The notes beneath the pieces are model-generated. The model saw only the letters and a list, made by a program, of their open reading frames with translations, made no database searches and had not been told where the DNA came from. The position numbers and the translations under genes are program-made. DNA of 64,000 nt. Source: Octopus sinensis (lineage: Eukaryota). Location of the stretch: positions 21,824,001 through 21,888,000 of the forward strand of contig NC_043013.1 of NCBI RefSeq assembly GCF_006345805.1. Reading direction: 5' to 3'. Of this stretch, positions 39,420 through 53,069 are shown one piece after another; positions within the stretch are counted from its first letter, which is position 1; the number at the start of each line of letters is the position of its first letter.

Positions 39420-39870
39420 CTTGGGCATGAATTGTCCGGTTTATTGTCTACGACGGAAATCGCCTGATAAGACTTTATACTCTACAGCTTGAGAAAGTAT
39501 TCATTCATAGACTGCCGTGTGCTTACAGGCAGTGTTACGTCTTCTTGCAGCAATTCGATCAGTTCAATCGAGGAATCCATAGAGAGATTCAAAATCTCAA
39601 GCAAATCGGTCAAATAGATCAAGATGTGTCACTTCCACCCGATGAGTCGCTTTGCAGAGTGACATTCAGACCACACCAGGGCGTCTAAATTCAGTTGAAA
39701 TGTATCTGCTATGAATTTGAGACAAACAATGTTCAGAAACTGGAGCATTTACGGATTGAGATAAGAGAGGTTTATCATGATATCATTTTATGCCGAAAAT
39801 TGGTGTCGGAACTCTAAGCAACTCTGGTTCAATATAGGGATGACGGTCTCACGGTGAAAATTGATGAAAG
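39420..39870 (+). mobile_element. Possible Merlin/ISXO2-like transposase relic
   Basis: Only DDGLTVKIDER (resembling GG.G..VEIDES) and a weak upstream FYAENWC motif; highly decayed. Confidence 0.3.
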
Positions 39871-40597
39871 GTGCTCTATTAATTTTCAGCCGACTTTCAA
39901 CATTCTCACTGACCGATGAGACCCTCCTGCTGTGGAGATTTTCCCCGTAGATTAGGCATCTACCGAGTCAGTGGGTTGATGTTAATAACTTCACTGATGT
40001 GTTACTCAATCGGAGGCTACAAAACTTTCTTTTCGTTTGATATGAAGATGTTTAACTGGATAGCATTGCCGTTGCTGTAGTCACAGCAGTAAAGATTTGT
40101 AATATTTTTGCTAAAGACTTGATTCCTATTAAAACTTGTTTAGAGGAGACGAAAGCGTAAACCTTCATAGACAAACGTAAAAGAAGCACTTGTCTTTAAT
40201 TTGCCTCTCCCATGACTTGATAACCTCACTGAAATGAGGGACGATGTCCATAATGAAGGAAAGCTCATAAGGAACAACATAGCACGGTCTCTGCTGACAG
40301 AACCATCGTGTATAGGAGAAGATTTTCTTCTCTGCTGGTTGGCCTCGTTTTTCTTCTTGTAAGCACTTGTAACTGAGGCAGTCTGAATCGATCCATAAAC
40401 AGGTAAAGTCCTTTTGTATAGAGAAAAATTCACCGATAGCCTTTACATTTTTGTTAAGAAGTTTTCTACATCTAGGTTCGGTTGGTGGAAGCTGACACAA
40501 GTTGCAGATGGGGCTGCGACAAGCAATTTCGCTTGAACACCGGCGATACCCCCGCTCATGACAGTGGCACCATTATAACTATTTATAAACATCAATA

Positions 40598-41760
40598 CGA
40601 AGGGTACCCAAAAGTAAATGGAAACGTTGTCTGTGGGACATACCCGCTATAGTTTAGGCTTCTACGGCTAGAAGCCACTTGATGCGCCCCTCGGGCATCC
40701 TCCTGCCGACTGGCGCCGTTGTCAAGAGTCGTACTGTCACGTGGTGCGTCTTTGTCTTGCAGTACTTCTCCCTTGTTCGTCGATTATTGCGATGGATGAA
40801 ACGAGGGGACAGCGTGCTTCCTAGACATTCTGTTTTTTGCTGGGGGAAACCGGCGGCCGAAACAGTTGCCATGCTTCGAACAGCTTACAAGGACGCTGCC
40901 ATGAGCAACACACAATTTTACGAGTAGGTTTTCACGCTTTAGGAACGGTCACTTGTCGCATGAAGACCAACATCTTGGCCACCGTCGTGAACTGGTCTTG
41001 GAAGACCGTTGCCGAACAATTGATGAACGTGTTGATAAAACTGATGTGTTCTGGAGTTTCTGTCAATGAGTTTTTAGCGAGGAATTGTGAATGAAAGAGT
41101 TGCAGCAAAATCTGTGACTCACTTGCTCACAGAAGATCAAAATCAGTCGTGACTAAGTGCGTGTCGTAAAGTGAAAGAACAGTTGGAAGTTGATCTGAAA
41201 ATTTTTTAAGAAGGCCATCACTAGCGACGAAGGCTGGTGCTATATCTACAACCCGGAAACGATAGGACACTCAAGTCAATGGAAGCACTAAATATCACCA
41301 CGCCCTACAAAAGGGCGTCAAGTGAAGGCCAACTTCAAGACGATGCTGATTTGTTTCATTTATGTTAAATGAATTGTCCGCACAGTATTTGTTCCTCCTG
41401 GTCACACTGTTCACCAGACGTTTTGCTTGGCAGTTCCGATGCATTTGCGAGACACGGCGAGACGAAACGTCCCGACCAGTGGCAGAGTGGAGGGTTGTGG
41501 TTTCATCACGACAAAGAAATTTCGTACACCGCCTTCAGTGTGAGACAGTTTTTTACCTACCCTCCATATTCACCCGATCTTGCTCCCTGTAATAATTTTG
41601 TTACCCCGAAAGAAAAAATGGCCTAAAAGAAAAATGTTTTGCAAATGTGAAGGATTTGAAGAAAAAAAAAAACGACGGAGACGATAAAAGACATCACGAA
41701 TTGCAGGAATAGTGGAAAACGCGTCTGGACCGGTGCATTAAATTCAGAAGTTATTCAATA
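40598..41760 (+). mobile_element. Degraded mariner (DD34D-type) element in the IR2 spacer
   Basis: TA|CGAAGGGTACCCAAAAGT candidate left TIR; AAETVAMLRTAYKDAAMSNTQFYE, PPYSPDLAPC. Stops and frameshifts; right TIR not found. Confidence 0.8.
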
Positions 41761-43111
41761 TCCAAAGAGTTCTTCACAGATAATATTCTCAAATACTCGG
41801 TGTAGAAGGCCTTAGAGCAGTTTAATTTTCGAAATGACTATTATTTCATGCAAAATAATTTCTTTTATTAAATCAAAACTCAAATTATTATTTATTTAAA
41901 AACTAATGCTGACTGGGCTAAAACAGAGCGATTGGGTCTCCACTGCTCCAGAACATTAATCGCCTGAAATGCAATCCCTGATCCAATTTTCCCAACAGAT
42001 GTCAACACACAAATCTTCAAACTAAGCATTAACAGTATCGATCTCACCAATCCATAAAGACTTGCAAACACAATGTCCACCGCCACCTCTCCTCTTCAAG
42101 AAACTATAAACAAAGAATCCAATATTAATCTAAAACTAAACAAATGAAAACAAAAGGAACGTTTTACGACATATATGGTCAGCATTGCAATTTATGTTTT
42201 TCACAGCAAAAAACTATTTTAACTTTTCGATAACCTGAAAGAAATCGTGGGGCTTCTGAGTTTACGATCAAATTTCTATTAGATTTCGTTTTCCCGTATA
42301 ATTGATTTCGTATTTTGGTTTAACCTATTCTTCGTTTAACCTGTACGTATAAGTTGCTGAAACACAAAATTTTGTCCAAAGAGAAAAAGAAAAGATTCTT
42401 ATTTTAATTTCGCTTTATAATCCTTGATAAAGACAGTTTAGATCAGCCGGCTTAAATAGTTCCTGACACCCCAGGCTAAAACTCAAATTAACAATCATGT
42501 TACCTAAGATTTTTGGTGCATTCTTACATTGGAATTGACGTACAATAATTCTCGTAAAATGTTTACCATATTCTTCAGAAAGGATTTCAATGTTACTTTC
42601 CTCAATTTGCTTTTTCTTTCGTTTTTTTTTCAGTTTGAATAACAAATCATTTCACATTTTAAGTGAAATCAATCAACTGCAATTATTTTATCTCATATAT
42701 TATTTAGATGATGGGTAAGAAGCGTTAAGGATTCGGTTGACTGCTTCTGGTATTTAGTTAAGATCCGTTATGTTTTGAAACAAAATGCTGTCCAGAGTAA
42801 CTTAGTGTCCCATTCTTTGATGGTCGATAAAATAACACCCAATTGCTTCATTGGTACTCGGGTAAATTTAATGATCTTATAAAGCTTCAAATGTGTGAAT
42901 GGATTTCTAAGAGAATTCTAATTTGAAAGGAAAAACGTTAGCAATAAAAATATATTAACAAAAGAAATAACTGAATTAAATTGATTTTATTCACGAAGAA
43001 ACACACATTTTATCTTATATAATTATTATTATTATTAGCAAACGTGATCCGTTGAAGTCTTGCTCACATTTCAAGGAGGGTAAGTAATTTTGTGGTGAAT
43101 TCTATTAAAGT

Positions 43112-43302
43112 TCAGATCAGTTTCTTTAGTAGACACTTAGTGTTAGTATATGAAAAGGCGGTACATGTAGAAGATATCATACATAAACGCGAACAATCCA
43201 AGACCGAGCGGGCATCCATTTGGGCCTCGGTTATAAGGTTGCGATATGGATTTTGTTTGAAGGAAAATGTTGAATAAGATGTCTGGCCATTAATTTCCTT
43301 TT
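43112..43302 (-). CDS. Terminal PAN exon of the inverted paralog
   Basis: EKEINGQTSYSTFSFKQNPYRNLITEAQMDARSVLDCSRLCMISSTCTAFSYTNTKCLLKKLI*; same 191 nt length and same acceptor. Confidence 0.82.
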
Positions 43303-45216
43303 CTGCAATAGAAAAAATAGAAAGAGGAAACACAATAAATATAAGAGCATAAATTAAATTATTGCTCTAGTCTGACAAAGTACAAGGGAAACGAATAGAT
43401 GTGGCCTATTGATTCGATAGATCGATTTTATTCATGTTCCGTATAGACATCTTTAGAGTAGTGAGAGTAGGGAGTGAGTTCGTGAGTGTTGCATTGCTTA
43501 ATCTAGAAAGGAAGGATTGAGGATAATAATTGATGTGGGATCTGGCTGGTGAAATAGCATGTATGACGGGAGAATGAGAAGGGGTATGTTGCTGGGTGTC
43601 TCGGAGGGAGAGTGGTTCTCGTATAACCGGCGAGATGTATTGAGGTATTTCTGCGCGGTTTAAAAAGGAAGCGTGTTGAGATTTTTAATGACAACGGAGA
43701 TTAATATTAATCCATCTGCCAGATTTTAAATGAACATTAGGATTAGTTTTACGACATCTTTTTGCAAGTCTATTAATTATTAATTTACTGCTAATATATT
43801 TAACTGAGAATTAGGATTCTAAGTAGAACAAATAATGCAATGAAGAAGAAAGAGATATTTTAAAAATTTCTGTTATTTTTTCGACAAGAACTGGAGACAG
43901 ATGATCAATGAATTAAAGATGAGAAACAAGAAAAAGAAAGAAAGAACACAAAAAAAAACAAAAATAGGGTCTTACTGTTAACGAAATAATAAGAGTCGAA
44001 AAGTCTTATACCACATCCGACAGAGTTAATCTTGTCCAGTGTATTTGACTGATTGAAATCGTTCCAAAGTTCTGAAATGGAATAAAAATAGTTTCTTATT
44101 CTTCTGATGGTCTTAATATCTTTCGTGATTTCTTTAATATTAATCAAGAAATCCTAATCTCCTTAATACAATCGACTTCCCTATTTATATATAAGACAAT
44201 TTTATATAAGAAGTCATTACTTCTTTAATAGATGTTGAGTTTTATTTACTATCCTTTATTTCTAGTAATAACACAAGGCCTCAGATATGATGGCACAGAC
44301 GTTTATAAAGATTCTAGCTACTTTCGAAATGTACTTCAAACATGTCTTTATATGTATAACGGTATAATTGTAACGGGAAAGGCGTAACAGGCACGATGTA
44401 GCAAGTTGTTTGTAACACGTAGAGATGTGACAAGTTGGTGAAAGACTGTGCATTGCTTAGATAATATATCTGGATGCACTGCAAAGAACTGCTGAAAGGT
44501 ATTTCGCACTTACTGTAGATTTTACTTACGCGGTTATGCAACTGCGACGAGTGGGAAGTAAACACAAAATTTAGTTAGTTTTGATGGATAATCTATTACA
44601 ATGGTAGTTGTTAATAGTGAACCCTAACTTGAGTAGGGTAAATGGGGCAAAGCTCGCGAGAAGGTGCCATAGTTAACTGTTTGGAAGTTGCAGAGGAAAG
44701 AGAGCATTTTTCTCTTGGTATCTCGAATTTATTGCAGTACTAAAGTCTAGTTAGACCATTGACAATAGATCGGAATGGATTAACAAGATTAAACTCTGTC
44801 TCATCTAAAATGGTGGCGAATTAAATAGGTAAAACGAATGGATTCTAAACACAAATGGCGAGACCAATATAAAAAAGCGTGAAGACCGAGGTTTCGATTC
44901 CAGGTAAGGAGTCCGGTGTATATGTCTTACAAATATAATTAGTCCGCATTGGAGTTGGCAAAAAATGATTTTTTTTCTGGAACAGCTCAGAGAAGCGTGT
45001 AGAATAGTTCGGAATCAATTTTAATATGTTTTCTGCAATGCTAAAGCGGCAGACTGGCCGAATCGTTAGCTCGCTGAACGAAATGCTTTTCGTATTGTCT
45101 ATTTTCTTTTGTGAAGACGTTCGTCAATCCTTTTAAAATATCAAAATCAATAATAATGATAACAATAATAATGATGGTGTATAATAATGGTGTATAATAA
45201 TAATGGTAATACTACA

Positions 45217-45281
<65 letters not shown>

Positions 45282-45303
45282 GACTACTACTACTACTACT
45301 ACG

Positions 45304-45340
<37 letters not shown>

Positions 45341-45387
45341 ATAATAATAATAATATTAACAACAACAATAATAATAATAATAATAAT

Positions 45388-48300
45388 ACACCGAGGTCGT
45401 TTAAGATGTGATAACGATAAAACAGAGCTCCGAAATCTATCCACAAACATCGAAAACAAAGACATCGTATGGAGCCAAACATTTACTAACAAAGGACTGG
45501 ACTATATCCGAGTAAGTAATACTCATTGAAATTTATTACTATTTTCGAAACGAAATGATGTATTTTAACTCGATATCATCTCTACCTCTAGCACAACACA
45601 TGTAACCATGCGTGAAACATTACGATCCATCAACACCAGATCATCCCCGACCCCAAACACCATGTACAAAAAAACCACGAAGAAATTAAATAACACCGGT
45701 ATTATTCAACTCAAGAATAACATTCGGGAAGTACGTACTTTAAACTTACAAAAAAAATGTACGAAAAACTACACGTGCAAAACAATGTGACAACAGAAAT
45801 CAACGGACCGGTACCCTACGAAAATGACGACCGTCAAAATAATGGGCCGAACGTTGTTCCTCATGTCCCGCAAATAAAACCCAAAAGACATAAATGGATA
45901 TGTGAGGAATACATTTCTATCCTACACGCTTACTTCACAGCAGTGCTCTACAAAAAAATGAAAACACAACAACACATACATATAAAATATGGAAGGAAAA
46001 TAACATAAATATAGACTTGGATACAGCAATGAACCCTAATAAACTAGCAAACGTACGAAGATACATTCTCAACGCAAAAAAATATCAGAAATAGAAATAG
46101 CACATCTAAAAGAAAAAATACATCAGGAAAATGTAGATAGAAGCCACACAACAATGCCCAATAATATAAACACTGAAACAGTAAAACATGAAGACAAACG
46201 TAACATTCCCAACAAACACGATGTAAACAAAAAGCAACAAACCCAGACCGTAAGGATGCATGATAATACACGACAAACAGCAAGTCAAAACACGGCAAAC
46301 AAACATATAAATTAGAAAGAATACGACACAAATCTAAAACCTGGAAACAACGAAGGGGAGCCTAATGATTATGATAATATAAAAAGTAAAATAATTAAAG
46401 AACTGAAAACCACAGAGCTCAAAATGGACCACCGACCATACATCCCAAAAATCAAAATAGACGAAACAACAACACCAATTATAAACAGCATAAACCTAGC
46501 CGTCATGGAAGAACTAGCCACTGAAACAAAAAGCGATATCACTGAGCTAAATGACTTAGTATACGCAGCAGCCACTGCAGCCAGAAAAGAAGCTGGATAC
46601 TCACTCAAACCCATCGAAACAGGAGTACCACCACCCAAACAAACCTGTGGATAAATAACATCCAAAACAAAAGACAAAAAAATGAGAAAAGTTCAGTCGA
46701 TTCTTAATGAAATCAGTAGACAACCAACGCTACTGAGCAACAAAAAGAAAACAAAAATACTCCGAAAATATAACATCACAGAAAAAGATTTACCTGAGAT
46801 AAAAGAAAAGCTGAAGCAAGATATCCTTGCCAAAGCACAAAGGATCCGCCGGTACGAGAAACGCCAGCGCTTCTTTGAACAAAACAAAAAGTTCAACTCC
46901 AACCCCAAAAGTTCTACCAAGAACTTGGCAAAAATAAAATAGAAATCACTGCAGCACCAACGGCAGAAGAAGTGGAAGAATTCTGGAGAGAAATATGGTC
47001 GGCGAACGAACAACTAAAAAGAAAGGAGTATTAAAACAACAAACTCAGCATCTGAGCAACTTTGGACCCCCATAACAACTGAAGAGGTCACCCAGGCACT
47101 GCAGAGACTAAGCAACTGGAAGGCACCTGGGCATGACATGGTTGAAATATCTAAAAGGAATGCACAAAAAGCAGGCTGAAAACTTTAACAACATACTCGT
47201 AGAGCCAGATACAATGCCTGAATGGCTAACGAAGGGGAAAACCATCTTAATTCCCAAATCAAATGAGACAGCAAAACCAGAAAACTACAGACAAATAACC
47301 TGTCTCCCTACAATGTACAAGGCATTTACTGCAGTGATATCGCAAAGGTTGAACAAGCTACTGGACGAAAACAACCTGTTTCCAGAAGAGCAGGAAGGAT
47401 GCCGCAAAGGCTCATATGGTTGTAAAGATCAACTAATGATTAATAAAGCCATAACTGAAGACAGCCACAGAAAGAAGAAAAGCCTCAGTATGGCCTGGAT
47501 CGACTACAAAAAGGCGTTTGATATTTTTGAAACACTAGCCATTAACAAAGTAGCACCAACAATTATAAAATTCATAGGACACTCTATGAATAAATGGCAA
47601 ACAGTCCTACACCTCCAAACAAAAAAGGGACTCATGAAAACCAAAGCCATCCCTATTAGAAGAGGAATATTCCAGGGAGACACAGCTCTCTCCACTCCTT
47701 TTGCTTGCACTGTCCCTCTATCTGATATGCTAAATAGAACTGGATGCGGATATAAATGTTACGGCCAAACGATCAGCCACCTTTTATATATGGATGACCT
47801 AAAACTACAAGCCGCAAATGACAAAACAGCTGGAAAAAACATATAGACAGTTCATGGAATTACCAAAGAAATAGATATGAAATTTGGATTAGAAAAATGC
47901 GCCAAAGTAACCCTGAAAAAGAGGAAAACAAGTTAAGAGTAGCAACATCACACTAGATAAAACCAATGAATAAAAGAATTAGACCAAAGCCAAACTTACA
48001 AAATACTTAGGAATCCATGAACTAGATAAGACCAAAAAACACCAATGAAAGAGAAAATAAAAAAAGAATATTAAGACGAGTTAGATCATACTAAAAATAG
48101 AGCTCAATGCTAAAGACTAGATAATAGATATTAACAATTTAGGTCCAGTTATAAGTTACAGCGACAATATCCTTAACTGGACCCTAAATGAACTGACCAA
48201 AATAGATAGGAAAACAAGAAAAATTAAGACGTTAGATCAATACTAAAGTAGAGCTCACATGCTAAAACCAGATAAATAGATATTAACAATTGAGCTGTGC

Positions 48301-49565
48301 CCAGTTTATACTTACAGCGACAATATCCTTAACTGGACCCTAAATGAACTGACCAAATAGATAGGAAAACAAGAAAATAATGACAGGATCTAGGATGCAT
48401 CACCCAAAATCTGACATAGAAAGACTATATATACAACGTATAGAAGGTGGTAGAGGCCTTATACAGCTGGAAAACTACTATAAAATAACCACCATAGGAC
48501 TGCAAAAATATCTACTTCAGAAGGAAGAAAACTGATACGAATAGCGGCAAAACACGAGCAAAACAAAAAACTGTTTCTCAGTATTTAAGAAGCTGACAAA
48601 TACAAACAAGAAATCATGCCACCTAATAAATATGAAGAAGAAAGAAGACGAAGAACAACAACACTATAAACAAATGAAATCCAAATAAACTAGAACAGCA
48701 AACAACCATGATAAAATGATGGTAAAAAAGCCCCTTCATGGTAAATACTGGACTAAACTAAATGCAAAAGAAATAGACAAAGAAAATCCCAGCAATGGTT
48801 GAGAAGCTCAGGACTCAAAGCAGACAGAGGGATTTTTAATTGCAGCACAAGACCAAGCCTCCCCACCAGAAATTACCAAAACATGTAATGAAAAGAAATA
48901 TAACAAGTAACTGCAGAATATGTGGAGATGGACAAGAAACAATAAATCATATTATCTCTGGCTGCCCAGTCCTGGCTAAGAAGGATTATATTCACAGACA
49001 TGACAGAGTTGGAACCTACATACAATGGAAGCTATGCCAACATTATGGAATAACAACAGAAAAAGATGGTATAGGCAGACACCAGAAAAGGTCACAGAAA
49101 ACGAGAAAGCAACCGTACTCTGGGATATGCCGATACACACAGATAGAGAAATTAAGGCCAACAAACCAGATATAGTTGTCAGAGATCATGAAGAAAAAGA
49201 ATGCTTTCTAATTGATGTATCAATACCGGCAGATGACAACATTTCTCTGATAGAAATGGAGAAACTTTCAAAATACAAAGACATAGAAATGGAGCTAACC
49301 AGAATGTGGAATCTAAAAACAGAAACAATTCCTATCATTGTAGGTGCATTAGGCATGATAAAAAAATATTCAGACAAATACATAACAAAACCACCAGGAC
49401 TTACAAACACTTATAACATACAGAAAATTGCACTACTAGGCACTGCACACATCCTACGCAGAACACTTTCCATACAATAACCATCAGAGCATCACAGCAC
49501 ATACCCAAGTCACAGAGTTGCGTTCGGTAGTGAAGTGAAATCACGCTATAAAATTAAAACTACTG
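45388..49565 (+). mobile_element. Full-length but disrupted R4/Dong-clade LINE (RT + RLE) inserted in (TAA)n
   Basis: KRHKW..EEY, ENYRQITCLPT, QEGCRKG, RGIFQGD, LLYMDDL, CRICG..ETINHIISGC, KANKPDIVV...LIDVSIP, QKIALLGTAHILRR. Flanked by TAA-rich arrays at ~45140-45387 and 49566-49990. The mirror site 36417-36510 is an uninterrupted (ATT)n tract. Confidence 0.93.
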
Positions 49566-49593
49566 AATAATAATAATAATAATAATAATAATG

Positions 49594-49632
<39 letters not shown>

Positions 49633-49704
49633 GTAATAATAATAGTAATAGTAATAATAATAGAAATTATAATAGTAATAATAATAATAATAATAATGAT
49701 AATA

Positions 49705-49765
<61 letters not shown>

Positions 49766-49928
49766 CGGTGATGATGATGATGATGATGATGATAATAATA
49801 ATAATAATAGTAATAGTAATAATAATAATAATAATAATAGTAATAGTAATAATGATAATAATAAAATAAGAAGAAGAAGAAGAAGAAGAAGAAGAATAGT
49901 AATAGTAATAATAATAATAATAATGATG

Positions 49929-49982
<54 letters not shown>

Positions 49983-49990
49983 TTAATAAT
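49566..49990 (+). repeat. Compound (TAA)/(TGA)/(GAA) microsatellite
   Basis: Direct reading. Similar arrays lie at 29860-29960, 30560-30835 (GATA/TACA), 45140-45387 and 61550-61831. Confidence 0.95.
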
Positions 49991-51074
49991 AAAGAGTGCT
50001 AGCCTTTGCAGCGGCTGCACTGACCAGTCAGTAGCCGAAGACACAGAAACACTAACACAACCCGGCAGACCAACTGAAATATAACTTTTGGTAATTGGAA
50101 CATCTACAATCTCCTGTGAGTATTTTAAAATCTCCCCCACCACCCCATAAAGCTAGAAACTTACACATCTTCAATTTTCTCTGGGTGAACACACAAACGA
50201 TCATCTTTAAAATCTATAAAATATTTACAACTTCTGTGAATACTAACTTTCTCCTTTCTCCTTGAATATTCAAAAATATAAACACCCTTTTTATTGTAAG
50301 AACACTACAGTTTGCTCTGGCCGGACATACAAACGGTCATTTTGAGAAAATTTAAAACTTTAATGTCTACAATTTTCTGTAAACATTTTACTCTTCTTTT
50401 CACCCTGACTACTCAAATATGTAAACGTTCTTTTTATAGCAACAAATTAAACGCACGAAAAAAATTAAAGAGATAAGCACCTGCCAATATATACAAACTG
50501 CCCAATTACAAAAACTATAAACCACAGAAAGAAAAGGAAAATTCAAAAATATCCACGCCCCCCCCCACCATGCTGCTCCTCTTTCTCCTACTATCGCCTC
50601 CAGCCCTCACATATTTATGATGATATCATGTACAAGACAAAAGTGGAACTAAACAACATTTAATAATTCCACTCAGTAGTAGGAGCAAAGATGGCATCTC
50701 AAGACAGTTACAATACCAGTGATTGTAGGAGCACTTGAACTGAAGATTTTTTAAGTATGATCCCTAGATTACCATCCATGCTGTAAATCAACAGATTGTA
50801 TTAACCGACATGTCACACGTATTGAGAAGAGCAGAGTTGCTGTGAATTTTCTTTCCTGTTTTTGTCCCTTATTTTCTTTGTTCACTTTTATATTTTACAT
50901 CTTTTCCTTTTTTTATCTGTTTTTCTCCTCCTTTTTTCCGTCACATGATTTTATAACCGAACAATCTGGTGTGACTATTTTAGTGGCCTACAAATGTATA
51001 CAGTGCAAAATATAACGTGTCTTCAATGGCAGAACAATGCAGAGTGGACTATCATAACTGTTATAACTTAATTA

Positions 51075-51277
51075 CCGTATTTGACGGCATATAGAACGCA
51101 TTGTTATCCAAAAAATTTGGCTCCAAAAATCGCCCTGCGTCTAATATGCGAAGTCAAGACCCTCCCGTAGGCTAATCTTCTCCCAGACGCTCACTAACCT
51201 AGCTTACGATAAGTATTTCTACCTACGCTAACACCTTAATGATATTTTCCGTACTCATGCATCATTATTTTATTGCT

Positions 51278-51332
<55 letters not shown>

Positions 51333-53069
51333 GTATTATTACTTTAAAATACGAATTATCGTAAAAATCAAAGCAATCTACCGTAAATTGTCAGGCTGCG
51401 ATCCATGACACACGTTTACTAATATCAGCTGATCGGAACCCTAACTCGATGCCATCTGATGGTGAGGAGTAAAACTACGGAATGCACATGATCGTTGCGA
51501 GTTCGTGTATATACGGAGGTTGGTTGGATATCTGGGTACAACAAAGTTTATGATCATAACAAAACACACTACAACAGTACAAGCACCCTCACGGCAATGG
51601 CAGCAAAAAGATCAAGCTACAAAATCTCCTACAAACTACAAGTGGTAGATTATGCCAAGGAGCATGGAAATAGAGCAGCAGCAAGGGTTTTTGGGCCACC
51701 ACCTACAGAAAAAATGATACGTGTCTGGCGACAGCAAGAAGAGCAGCTGATGAGAGCCCAGAAAGGTAAACATAACCTTCGTTGCCCAGCCCCACATTGG
51801 CCAGAACTTGAGGATGATATAAAAACGTGGGTGCTTGATGAGAGAAACTCAGGGAGAAGTGTATCTACCAAAATGATAATTCTTGAGGCCATGAGAGTAG
51901 CAGAACAACGAGGGATACAGAACTTTGCAGGAACAGAAGGTTGGTGTTACAGGTTTATGAAACGGAAGGGTTTATCAATGCGTACAAAAACATCCATTGC
52001 ACAAAAAATGCCTGCTGATTATGAAGAAAAAATATTAGATTTTCATAGTTTTGTTATAAATGCAAGAAAGAAAACTTGTTTTGAACTGGGTCAAATAGGG
52101 AATATGGACGAAGTTCCACTCACATTTGATGTACCATCCAACAGGACTGTGAGTGTCAAAGGATCTAAAACGGTTTCGATAAAAACCACTGGCCACGGAA
52201 AGACCCACTATACAGTAGCTCTGACCTGTTGTGCTGATGGCATAAAACTGTCACCTCTTTTGATATTTAAGAGAAAAACTCAGCCTAAAGAAAAAATTCC
52301 AAGAGGTGTACTAGTTCATGTTCACGAAAAAGGCTGGATGGACGAAAATGGAATGAAACTGTGGTTACAAAATATATGGTCAAGGCGTCCTGGTGGACTA
52401 TTAAGAAAACCTTCTCTTCTGGTTTGGGATCAGTTTAGAGCACATAGAGCTGAAGCCATTAAAAAAAGGGCGGGAGAATTGAAAACGCAGTTAGCTGTCA
52501 TTCCTGGTGGACTGACGAGCCAATTGCAGCCTTTAGATGTGTCTGTGAATAAGCCATTTAAGCAGAACATGCGTGGACATTGGAACAAGTGGATGGCAGA
52601 GCCACATCATGCCCTCACACCCACAGGAAGAATGAAGCGGCCCACCATTGCTGAAGTGTGTGAGTGGGTGAAGAAATCTTGGGATGATGTTAGGCCTGAA
52701 ATCCTTGTGAAGACTTTTAAGAAGTGTGGCATTAGCAATGCCCTTGATGGCACAGAAGATGATGCATTATTTGAAGACAGTGATTTCAGCAGTAGTGATG
52801 AAGATGTTCCTTGTTTTGAAGATGATGAAGACTTTTCTGGTGTAGAAGATGATGAAGAGTTTTCTGGTTAAAAAGATGATTAAAGATGATTACTATTGTA
52901 ATTTGTATGCTTTCCTTTTGTATGCTTGCTTTTATACAGCAATGTTTTCTGCTTTTGTAATGTGCTGCTAGACTGCTTTCAACAATATCTGCTTAAATAC
53001 ACTTAAAACTTTTTTTCCTGAATTTGACCTGCTGAAATGAGGGTGCGTCTAATATGCCGTCAAATACGG
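51075..53069 (+). mobile_element. Intact pogo-superfamily DNA transposon (Passer/POGK-like, DD35D)
   Basis: TA|CCGTATTTGACGGCATAT...ATATGCCGTCAAATACGG|TA, with 18 bp perfect TIRs within ~26 bp. The empty site is a single TA at 32606-32607 in the mirror arm. Confidence 0.96.
51597..52871 (+). CDS. Pogo-family transposase, 424 aa from ATG 51597 (Brinker-like DBD, CENP-B HTH, DDE_1)
   Basis: Uninterrupted ORF: KRSSYKISYKLQVVDYAKEHGNRAAAR, GWCYRFMKR, NMDEVPL, LLVWDQFRAH, QLQPLDVSVNKPFK. There are 35 residues between the 2nd and 3rd catalytic Asp, plus an acidic tail. Confidence 0.93.
   Translation: MAAKRSSYKISYKLQVVDYAKEHGNRAAARVFGPPPTEKMIRVWRQQEEQLMRAQKGKHNLRCPAPHWPELEDDIKTWVLDERNSGRSVSTKMIILEAMRVAEQRGIQNFAGTEGWCYRFMKRKGLSMRTKTSIAQKMPADYEEKILDFHSFVINARKKTCFELGQIGNMDEVPLTFDVPSNRTVSVKGSKTVSIKTTGHGKTHYTVALTCCADGIKLSPLLIFKRKTQPKEKIPRGVLVHVHEKGWMDENGMKLWLQNIWSRRPGGLLRKPSLLVWDQFRAHRAEAIKKRAGELKTQLAVIPGGLTSQLQPLDVSVNKPFKQNMRGHWNKWMAEPHHALTPTGRMKRPTIAEVCEWVKKSWDDVRPEILVKTFKKCGISNALDGTEDDALFEDSDFSSSDEDVPCFEDDEDFSGVEDDEEFSG

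Noticed and set aside
39870-40560. Minus-strand ORFs in the IR2 spacer as a transposase or gene
   Set aside because: No recognisable motif or splice signals.
51495-51596. ORF-track start of the transposase at 51495
   Set aside because: It is a non-ATG (TTG) start. The first in-frame ATG is 51597, directly before the DNA-binding domain.
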